Shown: piece after piece, positions 7,493-14,644 of the stretch
Layout: every line of letters begins with the position of its first letter
How positions within the stretch are numbered: position 1 is the stretch's first letter
DNA from: a virus
Direction: 5' to 3' (one strand)
Length of the DNA stretch: 18,425 nt
IMG/VR virus record: IMGVR_UViG_3300029911_000190
The notes under the pieces: model-generated
The model's input: the letters and a program-made list of their open reading frames with translations, nothing else
Database searches by the model: none
Told to the model about the DNA's origin: nothing
Position numbers and translations under genes: made by a program

Positions 7493-8304
7493 TTAAGGCC
7501 GAGTTACTAACCGAGACGAATGAACTCCACTTCCAGCGTATGTTGTTGTCGGCGACCTATGGCTTTCAAGAGAAGCATAACGGCCATCGGCTGATTATCT
7601 GCAAGCAGGATGGGCAACTCCGCATGTTCAATCGTGAAGGCGATCCCTCCAGCAAGGCTCTCCACCCCCGCATCAAGACTGCCCTTCTATCACACCGGCT
7701 CAGCATGTTTGTAATCGACGGTGAATTGGTCGGCGGAACCTTCTATATCTTTGACGCTCTGGTGCTCGGGGATGAAGCTATCAACAACGACGCATATGAG
7801 TATCGCGAAGCTCGGTACCACGCTGAATTCGACAATATCTCAAGTCAAATCAGTGTAGTCCCGACCGCACGGACGGCGGAAGAGAAGCGGCTCCTGTGGG
7901 ACGCAGTGCTGGCATCGCGTGGCGAGGGCATCGTCTCCAAGAACATGACCGTAAAATATACCCAAGGCATGGCGGGGGCTCACTGGAAGCTGAAATTTTT
8001 GAAGTCGGCAGAAGCTGTGGTTATAGGCCCTAGTCCAGAGGGAAAAGACAGCGTTGAGATTGGCATGTGGGACTCAAACGGTAGAATGCACCGCATCTCC
8101 GGCCTCTCGCTCCGCAATAAATACCGGGTCGCACCCGGCACTGTTTTGGAGGTTCGTTTCCTTTATGCTACGAAAGAACTTCACATCGTTCAGCCGGTAC
8201 TTGTTCGTGTACGCACCGATAAACGCGCTGCGGACTGTAAGTTAACCCAACTTGTCCCTTACATCAACAAAAATTGGGTAAAAAGCGAACTATCCCATGT
8301 TTAA
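7489..8304 (+). CDS. small ATP-dependent polynucleotide ligase (phage-type DNA ligase; unusual Asn in motif I, EKHNGHR)
   Basis: Motif I KHNGHR; downstream NREGD (SRxG-like); motif III FVIDGELV; motif IV EGIVSK; motif V WKLKFLK. A C-terminal OB-like region follows. GTG start overlaps the upstream stop (GTGA), with a ggagg RBS. Confidence 0.7.
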   Translation: MIKAELLTETNELHFQRMLLSATYGFQEKHNGHRLIICKQDGQLRMFNREGDPSSKALHPRIKTALLSHRLSMFVIDGELVGGTFYIFDALVLGDEAINNDAYEYREARYHAEFDNISSQISVVPTARTAEEKRLLWDAVLASRGEGIVSKNMTVKYTQGMAGAHWKLKFLKSAEAVVIGPSPEGKDSVEIGMWDSNGRMHRISGLSLRNKYRVAPGTVLEVRFLYATKELHIVQPVLVRVRTDKRAADCKLTQLVPYINKNWVKSELSHV

Positions 8305-8348
8305 GCCAATTTCACCTTCACTCCGGCCAACCCGAAAGGACTGAGAGC

Positions 8349-8537
8349 ATGACACCTTTGTTCAAGGGGGTTATCGCGGTGTTGACGTTCTTCATCGCCT
8401 CTGTCTTTTTGTTTATCGCGTGGCTCAACCTTGCCATCGCTAACACATTCGGTGGAGGCCACCTTCTTTTCGCTGCTCTCCTGCTGATTGCTGTATTGCT
8501 CATCGTGCGGGGTGTGAAGATTATCAGGACAATATGA
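8349..8537 (+). CDS. small membrane protein with two predicted TM helices (62 aa)
   Basis: RBS aaagga. Strongly hydrophobic: VIAVLTFFIASVFLFIAWL and LLFAALLLIAVLLIV. Confidence 0.5.
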   Translation: MTPLFKGVIAVLTFFIASVFLFIAWLNLAIANTFGGGHLLFAALLLIAVLLIVRGVKIIRTI

Positions 8538-8788
8538 AAATTGAAATCACCATGCAACTAGAACTGCCGCCCTCCGAGTGCGACAACTTCTCCGACGCTG
8601 AGATGCGGCAGATGCTGTTCGACAGCATCCAGAACCGGCTCACGGTGGGTTACTTACAGGCCGCGTGTCATGCTTTCGTGGACAAGAACTTCTCCTCGGA
8701 AGAACAACGAACTGCAACACTCTACGTTTACAACACGTGGGCGGACATCATGAAGTCCGCAACGTGGGATTGGAAAAAGGTGGACTAA
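8534..8788 (+). CDS. hypothetical protein (84 aa)
   Basis: ATGA overlap with the upstream gene. Confidence 0.55.
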   Translation: MKIEITMQLELPPSECDNFSDAEMRQMLFDSIQNRLTVGYLQAACHAFVDKNFSSEEQRTATLYVYNTWADIMKSATWDWKKVD

Positions 8789-9225
8789 TGGCAAAGAAAG
8801 TTCGTAACCCGGAGGCCGCATTTGGTCTTCTTGACTACACCATGATTCCTAAGCTTCGGCGTCTACTCAAACCCTATGGTCTGACGTTAAAGACTTGCAG
8901 TGACCGCAAAAACTGGGGCGACCAAGTGGAGGTCACTGTCGAACGGATTGAGCAACCCCTTGACATTGCGGCGGCTCAGGCGAATCTCATCCAGAAAAAC
9001 AAAGGCATGGGCACCGCTGTTCAGTTCGGTGATAATCGGGGCGAAGTTGCTACCGCTGTGGCTGAGTTCCTCGCAGCCATGGAAGAAATCCGTGAAGACC
9101 CGGATGAAGAAGCGGCCTTCCTGCTCTTCGGCACAACCGTCATGATGTTTGAATTGCAAGGGCTTATGCTCAGGCCACTGCTCCCCGGAGAATCTAACTT
9201 CGATACCAAACAGCCAGATGCTTAA
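8788..9225 (+). CDS. hypothetical protein (145 aa)
   Basis: TAATG coupling. The ORF track start at 8665 would overlap the upstream gene by 120 nt. Confidence 0.6.
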   Translation: MAKKVRNPEAAFGLLDYTMIPKLRRLLKPYGLTLKTCSDRKNWGDQVEVTVERIEQPLDIAAAQANLIQKNKGMGTAVQFGDNRGEVATAVAEFLAAMEEIREDPDEEAAFLLFGTTVMMFELQGLMLRPLLPGESNFDTKQPDA

Positions 9226-9233
9226 GAGGAATC

Positions 9234-9455
9234 ATGAAAATCGCAATTGGACAAATCAACAACACGGTCGGAGACTTCTACGATAACGTGGAGATGATTA
9301 AGAACCAAGCCATCGAAGCCACGGCTCATGGGGCTGTCGCCATTGTATTTCCGGAATTGGCTGTGTGTGGCTACCCCGTTCGCGACCTTCATTTGGAGGG
9401 GTATCCAAATCATCAAACGCACCGACAACTTCAGTATGGAGTAGAGGAGTGTTGA
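9234..9455 (+). CDS. truncated carbon-nitrogen hydrolase N-terminus, NadE glutaminase-domain type (73 aa)
   Basis: MKIAIGQINNTVGDFYDNVEMIKNQAIEATAHGAVAIVFPELAVCGYPVRDL matches the conserved start of nitrilase-superfamily/NadE CN-hydrolase domains (IAxxQxNxxVGD ... GAxLVVFPELxxxGY). The rest of the ~270-aa fold is missing. RBS aagagga. Confidence 0.5.
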   Translation: MKIAIGQINNTVGDFYDNVEMIKNQAIEATAHGAVAIVFPELAVCGYPVRDLHLEGYPNHQTHRQLQYGVEEC

Positions 9456-9456
9456 C

Positions 9457-9855
9457 ATGCCAACCAAAGTAACCGGATGGAAGAGCGCACGGACGGGTAG
9501 GGTATTCGACACTAAGACCGAATGCCGGAAGGATGAAAACGTCCTCGATTTGGATAAACTTGCAAGGCTTTACGAACGTATTGCCTCGGGTAAGCCGTGG
9601 ATGCCAGAGATAGGCGACTACATCTACGTGGAAACCTCCATGTACATCGACCACGGCGAAGATGATGTTGTCGGCGGGTTGGCTCAGGTTACCGAAGTTG
9701 TGCCAAGTATGAGTGGAGGCAACCCCAATTGTCTCTTTGTATCCTTTGCTCAGTACCCCGGCTCTCGCAATTGGTCGCAGTGGCTGGTGAACAAACAGGC
9801 TGAGTTAAAGAAAAGGTTTGGTAATGAATTTGCGTACCCTGACCCCGATTACTGA
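9457..9855 (+). CDS. hypothetical protein (132 aa)
   Basis: ATG 1 nt after the upstream TGA, with a gagtagaggag RBS. Confidence 0.65.
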   Translation: MPTKVTGWKSARTGRVFDTKTECRKDENVLDLDKLARLYERIASGKPWMPEIGDYIYVETSMYIDHGEDDVVGGLAQVTEVVPSMSGGNPNCLFVSFAQYPGSRNWSQWLVNKQAELKKRFGNEFAYPDPDY

Positions 9856-9888
9856 GCAAAGGATATGAACAGTCACATGTATGGTAGG

Positions 9889-10071
9889 ATGAAGTATGCA
9901 GCCTTCGGACTATTGGTCAGCACCGGACTATTGGTATACGCATGGGAGCGTAAAGCGACCGGGCGGCTTATTCATTGTCGGGGCTTTCGGATTCGTCGTA
10001 AGTATTTTCTCCCTGATGTAAGGAGGTCGAGTGAGACAGAAAATCGACAAAGCGTTGGACAAGTTCGATGA
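9889..10071 (+). CDS. small hydrophobic protein; frame uncertain. The alternative 9896-10021 in the +1 frame also encodes a TM segment
   Basis: Frame A: MKYAAFGLLVSTGLLVYAW... overlaps the next gene by 40 nt. Frame B: MQPSDYWSAPDYWYTHGSVKRPGGLFIVGAFGFVVSIFSLM* ends exactly at the next RBS. A 12-bp direct repeat CGGACTATTGGT occurs twice (9906-9917, 9924-9935). Confidence 0.3.
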   Translation: MKYAAFGLLVSTGLLVYAWERKATGRLIHCRGFRIRRKYFLPDVRRSSETENRQSVGQVR

Positions 10072-10270
10072 GTTTTTGGCCGGTTTCGACCGGCTATGGA
10101 ATCGACTCGACCCATTTGATGAAGAGTTACCCGAGTCTACCGTAGTCGATACAACCATTCGGGTCAGCCTGACTCGAAAGCAGTTAATGGGTTTGCTCCT
10201 CGGGGAGAAAAAGCGGTTACTGTTCAAAGTCAAGGACGGCGTAGCCATCCAAGTAGAATTGAAGCCATGA
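10031..10270 (+). CDS. hypothetical protein (79 aa), GTG start
   Basis: AGGAGG located 7 nt upstream of the GTG. Confidence 0.6.
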   Translation: MRQKIDKALDKFDEFLAGFDRLWNRLDPFDEELPESTVVDTTIRVSLTRKQLMGLLLGEKKRLLFKVKDGVAIQVELKP

Positions 10271-10464
10271 GTGAGTTCACCAACGAGCGGCTACTCGACC
10301 TTGTGCGGTACATGCGTTTCCCCCTGTATGAAGCGGGGGTCATCACCGATGAAGAGTATGCGGCATTAGTCGCCGACAGCGAAAGTGGGCAACGTGTGGC
10401 TCGAATCGAAGAGTGGGACACCTTAAGAAAAAGGCTGGAGGCACAGCATGAGAAACAACATTGA
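10267..10464 (+). CDS. hypothetical protein (65 aa)
   Basis: ATGA overlap with the upstream gene. Confidence 0.5.
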   Translation: MSEFTNERLLDLVRYMRFPLYEAGVITDEEYAALVADSESGQRVARIEEWDTLRKRLEAQHEKQH

Positions 10465-11293
10465 ACAGAAATGGCCTAACCACTTCATCGTTATGCGTCA
10501 CGGGCAATCGAAGAGGAACGTTGACCGTGAGGTTGCAAAGGCTGCTGGCGGGTACGCCGACTTCTCTTCAGGCATCCGTGACCAAGACACGCCCCTGACG
10601 CCGCTAGGCGAAATGCAAGCTCTCAGCGCGGGGGTGGAGTTACGCAAGAGATTCCCCTTGAGGACAAGCCAAGTCAAGCATGACTTTGGCTGCGAGTTGG
10701 ATATGGGGGGGAGCTTTTGCTCCTGCGGCTTGTTGGAAGATGAAACACGTCTCGGCAAACCGATTGACGTTCTCTACGTCTCCCCCTACCTGCGTACCCG
10801 CCAGACCGCAAATAAATTCATTGAGGGTCTTGGTTATACGCCGGAGCATGTCATTGTGGATGAGCGTATCCGCGAGATTGAGTTCGGCTTGTTGGATGGT
10901 CTCGAACACGCCGGTATCAAGGCCAAGTACCCGGAGGAGATTGCCCGTAAGGCTAAGGAAGGTAAGTATTGGTACCGGGCACCGGGTGGCGAGTCTCGCC
11001 CTGACGTTAAACTTCGCATCCGCTCGTTTCTTGACACGGTCGTACGGGACTGCCGAGGCTTGAATGTCATGGTGATATGTCATAGCGTAGTCGTTCTCAG
11101 CTTCCGTGCAACGCTGGAGAAGTGGGGCGAAGACGATTACCTTCAAGTCGATAAAGAGAACGACGTGAAGAACGCCAGCATCACGCACTATGCCTACGAG
11201 CATGTGGGAGCATACCCCAACGGGCTCCCTCACTCGAAGCTGGTGCTCAAAGAATACAACTCAATCTTCTACGCGGAGTATGCAACTAAATAG
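10448..11293 (+). CDS. histidine phosphatase superfamily protein (phosphoglycerate-mutase-like branch) with a Cys-rich insertion
   Basis: N-terminal FIVMRHGQSKRN (RHG catalytic motif), YVSPYLRTRQTA, and VMVICHSVV (second His region). The insertion DFGCELDMGGSFCSCG follows the first motif. Confidence 0.7.
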   Translation: MRNNIEQKWPNHFIVMRHGQSKRNVDREVAKAAGGYADFSSGIRDQDTPLTPLGEMQALSAGVELRKRFPLRTSQVKHDFGCELDMGGSFCSCGLLEDETRLGKPIDVLYVSPYLRTRQTANKFIEGLGYTPEHVIVDERIREIEFGLLDGLEHAGIKAKYPEEIARKAKEGKYWYRAPGGESRPDVKLRIRSFLDTVVRDCRGLNVMVICHSVVVLSFRATLEKWGEDDYLQVDKENDVKNASITHYAYEHVGAYPNGLPHSKLVLKEYNSIFYAEYATK

Positions 11294-11296
11294 ATT

Positions 11297-11551
11297 GTGA
11301 GGAAAGAATGGCGAAAGCAAAGGAAGCAACAAAAAAAAGGCCAGTACCGAGACTCAACAAGGCTGGTATTCGTGGATGAGTACGAATCTAACGGTCCGAC
11401 GTGGCGTGTTATCGCCGCTTTGAAGGCACTTCAGCGGCTCCTCCCTGACGGCACCATTGACAGCAACCCAAAGAAGGTTCACACTCGCCTTCCCCAACTG
11501 GCGGCTCTCTTGGCTACCGCAAAGCCTATGAAGAAGAAAATAGATGAGTGA
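11297..11551 (+). CDS. hypothetical basic protein (84 aa from GTG). An alternative ATG 11308 with a good RBS is in another frame and would need a shift at the A8 run
   Basis: gaggaaaga RBS located before ATG 11308, whose frame closes after 23 codons. The long frame starts at GTG 11297. An A8 homopolymer at 11331-11338 lies between them. Confidence 0.4.
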   Translation: MRKEWRKQRKQQKKGQYRDSTRLVFVDEYESNGPTWRVIAALKALQRLLPDGTIDSNPKKVHTRLPQLAALLATAKPMKKKIDE

Positions 11552-11894
11552 GAATCTCGACCTACCCACTAACGGTTGTGCAGCATGGTCGGAGCCGCAG
11601 ACTAAACTTGCGCGGCTCCGCGATTGTCTCAAGGCGGAACTGGTCGCTGAGAAGATTCCCGGCTGTGTGTTTGATGAGTCTATGGGAAAGCACATCGTGC
11701 ATACCGTGGAGTGGCTCATAGATAAGCTCGTTGATGCTCAGGTAGAACTGCGTGTTGCTGACGAGGCCCTAAAACTGTTAGCCGATTGTGTTGTCAAAAA
11801 TCAACCTCTCGGCTTGTTTATGGCCGATGAGTCCGCAACGGAGATTGTTCGCCTTTGGAAAAACCATGCTGAACTTGTAGTGAAAGGAAAGTGA
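11544..11894 (+). CDS. hypothetical protein (116 aa)
   Basis: ATGA-type overlap with the upstream gene. Confidence 0.6.
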   Translation: MSENLDLPTNGCAAWSEPQTKLARLRDCLKAELVAEKIPGCVFDESMGKHIVHTVEWLIDKLVDAQVELRVADEALKLLADCVVKNQPLGLFMADESATEIVRLWKNHAELVVKGK

Positions 11895-11898
11895 TGAG

Positions 11899-12402
11899 AT
11901 GAGTTACACATCCCTGTATAAAGTCTTCAAGACCAAGAGGGTGGAGCTTGCAACGTTCCGTAATAGCTATGGCTCTTGTGTTCCTGTGTGGGATTGGCTC
12001 AGCCAACAATACCTGAACAAAGACTCTTGGTTCGGTGCAGATCGTGCTCTTTGGGATTTGGCTGAAGATCAACGGGTGCCGGTGGATGTTCGCCTGTGTC
12101 ATGCCTTCACGTTCGACTATGCTGTGGTCAGGCCGGAGCACTTCGCCCGTATGAGCGCAGCCTGTGTGGAGATGAATCGCATCCTTGAAACATGGCCCAA
12201 ATGGGTTGGCTGTGTGAATCACTGGGGCACGATGAGTGAGTTCTTCAAGAGTGTCAAGGAACGGCACAAGATCACCAAGCGGTGCCTCGGTGTTGGAATG
12301 AGAGGCACCTCAGTCAGTGACGTGTGGGACAACTACCCACGCTACGGCAAGGATAAGGTGTTCGATTGTGTTAGTCACGTTTTGAGCGGTGGAGAAAAGT
12401 AA
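11899..12402 (+). CDS. hypothetical protein (167 aa)
   Basis: RBS aaaggaaag; starts 4 nt after the upstream stop. Confidence 0.65.
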   Translation: MSYTSLYKVFKTKRVELATFRNSYGSCVPVWDWLSQQYLNKDSWFGADRALWDLAEDQRVPVDVRLCHAFTFDYAVVRPEHFARMSAACVEMNRILETWPKWVGCVNHWGTMSEFFKSVKERHKITKRCLGVGMRGTSVSDVWDNYPRYGKDKVFDCVSHVLSGGEK

Positions 12403-12956
12403 TGGGCTGCTGGGAAGAAACTTGTGCATTAACAAATACTCCAATTTATAACGGTGAACGGTGCGTCATGTTGGAATTGGATGAACCTCAACTGGGTATC
12501 TACCTGAAGTTCTCCCCACTGTCTCCCATGGGTACCAAAGGCTCTGACCACCAATGGCGGATGTTCAAGGCGCTCCACCGAGGCACTTACAACGACTATG
12601 GGTGGCTTGAGGAACTCGATAGGCGGGACCGTTTCTGGCCCTGCATTTTCTTCCACGAGAAGGTATGGGATTGGGCGTTGAAAACTGCTAAACCCCTACC
12701 TGAATGGAAGTTTGAAAGCGACTTGTATCCCAGCCTGTCGTCGGGGCCGTCAGGGTTGGTTGTAACCGACTGGCTTCGCGACATAGCTCGGGTTTGTGAC
12801 CTTGCATTCTGGCTGCGGAGAAATATCTTCAGCGGTCTTATGTTTCAAGGACATCAAGAGGGAGAAATCACGAAGCGGCAACGAGAGGAGTTCTTTTCGT
12901 TGCAAGCTGACATCACAACTTGCCAAGAGCAAAGATGGGCTGAGGGGGAGGAATGA
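12402..12956 (+). CDS. hypothetical protein (184 aa)
   Basis: TAATG coupling. Confidence 0.65.
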   Translation: MGCWEETCALTNTPIYNGERCVMLELDEPQLGIYLKFSPLSPMGTKGSDHQWRMFKALHRGTYNDYGWLEELDRRDRFWPCIFFHEKVWDWALKTAKPLPEWKFESDLYPSLSSGPSGLVVTDWLRDIARVCDLAFWLRRNIFSGLMFQGHQEGEITKRQREEFFSLQADITTCQEQRWAEGEE

Positions 12957-13147
12957 AGACCAATTTTCTCATCGTGCAACATCGGGTATACGGTACCCGC
13001 ACCATCGCCCGACGCGAGGACTACTCGCACTACTCCACGTACTTGATGGAGGGCAAGATAGTACCCGATGCGGTTTTCAACGGCAACTGGGAAGTTGTAG
13101 CCGACATCAATGTGAACGAGGCTACTATAGACCTCAAAAAGAGGTAA
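12953..13147 (+). CDS. hypothetical protein (64 aa)
   Basis: ATGA overlap with the upstream gene. Confidence 0.5.
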   Translation: MKTNFLIVQHRVYGTRTIARREDYSHYSTYLMEGKIVPDAVFNGNWEVVADINVNEATIDLKKR

Positions 13148-13165
13148 AAACAGAAAGGACAATAT

Positions 13166-13450
13166 ATGTCTCATTTTGCTGTAACCGTAATCGGCGAAGA
13201 ACCGGAAAAACAGCTTGCTCCCTACCATGAATTTGAATGTACCGGCGTTGACAACGAGTATGTTCAAAGTATAGATGAGGAAGCACGTGAAACGTGGAAG
13301 AGGGATGACGATGACTCCAAGAAACCCTTTTTAGAATTCCTTCAAGATTACTTAAAGAGCGGTCGGATAGGGCTTCATGGAACCCCCGGACTTCAAAGGT
13401 TAGACCCCAACTATGAACGGCCAAAGATTACGACCTGTTTGCCGATGTAG
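13166..13450 (+). CDS. hypothetical acidic protein (94 aa); ends at an in-frame TAG
   Basis: RBS aaaggacaatat. Same reading frame as the two following open segments. Confidence 0.55.
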   Translation: MSHFAVTVIGEEPEKQLAPYHEFECTGVDNEYVQSIDEEARETWKRDDDDSKKPFLEFLQDYLKSGRIGLHGTPGLQRLDPNYERPKITTCLPM

Positions 13451-13501
13451 TCAAAGATACGCCTGAAGCGTAAGATTCAGCGATTCTTCGCAGGGGAGGG
13501 G

Positions 13502-13942
13502 GTGAAGCCATTGACAAACCAATTCAGCCAATCACGATACTCGAAGGTGGATGGTCCCAAAATGATCTTATACCTGCTATTAGGTACAAGGTTACTTGCC
13601 CCGACGGATGGTACGAGTCAGCAAAAGACAACCTCTGTCACCTCTCAGGAGCCGAGAACGGCGTTGATTGACGGCGCTCCGTAGGCACCGTATCGGAGGC
13701 CGCAACCAGCACGGTGCGACATCACCTGCACCCGTTCGGAATACATTGAAAGGGCACGGCGGAAAGCAATTACTACCTTTGCACTGGTAAAAGATGGCAA
13801 GTGGTATCAGAGGGGACGTATGGGTTGGTTTGCTTGTGTTTCAGATGAAAAGGATGAAGCCGTATGGCACCGCGAGTTCTCAGACCTGTTCGATGGCCTC
13901 CCAGATAACACGCTCATTACCATCGTTGATTGCCACATCTAA
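13502..13942 (+). pseudogene. protein-like coding signal in the frame of gene 13166, interrupted only by TAG codons (13448-13450, 13682-13684). Possible readthrough/recoded or decayed gene
   Basis: Putative GTG start at 13502 behind the leader TTCGCAGGGGAGGGGG (cf. 13982-13997). The segment 13685-13942 (…FALVKDGKWYQRGRMGWFACVSDEKDEAVWHREFSDLFDGLPDNTLITIVDCHI*) is protein-like, and its only in-frame start is an ATG giving 40 aa. The +1 frame at 13474-13671 is also protein-like and contains no Met. Confidence 0.3.
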
Positions 13943-13949
13943 AAAGAAT

Positions 13950-13979
13950 TTGCAAAAACCAACTAAGACCGTCTATACT
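13950..13979 (+). promoter_or_regulatory. promoter module copy TTGCAA-N18-TATACT
   Basis: Spacer aaaccaactaagaccgtc (18). The leader cctcgcagggggaagga precedes ATG 13999. Confidence 0.55.
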
Positions 13980-13998
13980 TCCTCGCAGGGGGAAGGAC

Positions 13999-14256
13999 AT
14001 GCCTCGTAGCAACAAAGCATTTGGGTCATACCAAAGTGGCAGCGGGTGTTCTATCGAACCAGCGATACCGGCTCGGTGGGATGTTTTCCTTAAGGAACTC
14101 AACGTAACAGAAATGGAAGCTCTGACAATACTCAGGAGCCGGTCGGAATTGACACCCCGTATCCGGTCATGGGTAATGACAAACCACAGGTCAGCCTTTG
14201 TTCCTGAAGATTTCCTCATGACCTTGGGCATTCAAATGGAACTGTACGAAAACTAA
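13999..14256 (+). CDS. hypothetical protein (85 aa)
   Basis: ATG directly behind the ggaagga RBS, downstream of promoter copy P6. Confidence 0.6.
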   Translation: MPRSNKAFGSYQSGSGCSIEPAIPARWDVFLKELNVTEMEALTILRSRSELTPRIRSWVMTNHRSAFVPEDFLMTLGIQMELYEN

Positions 14257-14264
14257 CGAGTGAT

Positions 14265-14528
14265 GTGATGAGCGACCAACTTCTAACCCGAGACGAGTTC
14301 CGCGAGGGCGTATTCGCTAGAGACAGGCACACGTGTGTGAATTGTCGCAAGCCGGGAGTTGACGCTCATCACATCATGGAACGCAGACTGTTTCCTGATG
14401 GAGGGTATTACCTTTGGGAGCAGGAGAAGTACCCCATCACGGTAGACCCTCTCAATGGAGCCGGGTGCGATTACAACGCCATCATCCAAGCGGAGGAGTC
14501 CAAGCGGACGTGTGGGGATTCTAAATAA
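14265..14528 (+). CDS. truncated HNH-like protein (87 aa). N-terminal paralog of the HNH::RNA-ligase gene, lacking the second half of the HNH motif
   Basis: MMSDQLLTRDEFREGVFARDRHTCVNCRKPGVDAHHIMERRLFPDGGYY aligns with MEEPLLTRDEFRGLVLARDHNTCAHCGSSGVRLDVHHIMERRLFEDGGYR of gene 15358. The N...LCxxCH half is absent. DNA-level divergence is high, so the duplication is old. Confidence 0.6.
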   Translation: MMSDQLLTRDEFREGVFARDRHTCVNCRKPGVDAHHIMERRLFPDGGYYLWEQEKYPITVDPLNGAGCDYNAIIQAEESKRTCGDSK

Positions 14529-14532
14529 ATAC

Positions 14533-14562
14533 TAGCCAAAAGTAGGGCACTCCGGGTATACT
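14533..14562 (+). promoter_or_regulatory. promoter module copy TAGCCA-N18-TATACT, followed by an ~80-nt SD-less leader with nested inverted repeats
   Basis: Spacer aaagtagggcactccggg (18). Leader contains TGGGTA(n11)TACCCA and ttgtttcc/gaaaacaa repeats. No SD before ATG 14645. Confidence 0.6.
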
Positions 14563-14644
14563 AGGAGTATGTTGATTGTTTCCTTTGGGTGGGTAGTTTA
14601 ACAATATACCCATCTCAAGAAAACAAACTACCAAACCCATCTAC

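Noticed and set aside
10640-11233. 197-aa minus-strand ORF
   Set aside because: Antisense to the histidine phosphatase gene, whose catalytic motifs validate the plus frame.
11818-13267. Minus-strand ORFs of 149 and 137 aa
   Set aside because: They span several translationally coupled plus-strand genes. This is antisense noise.
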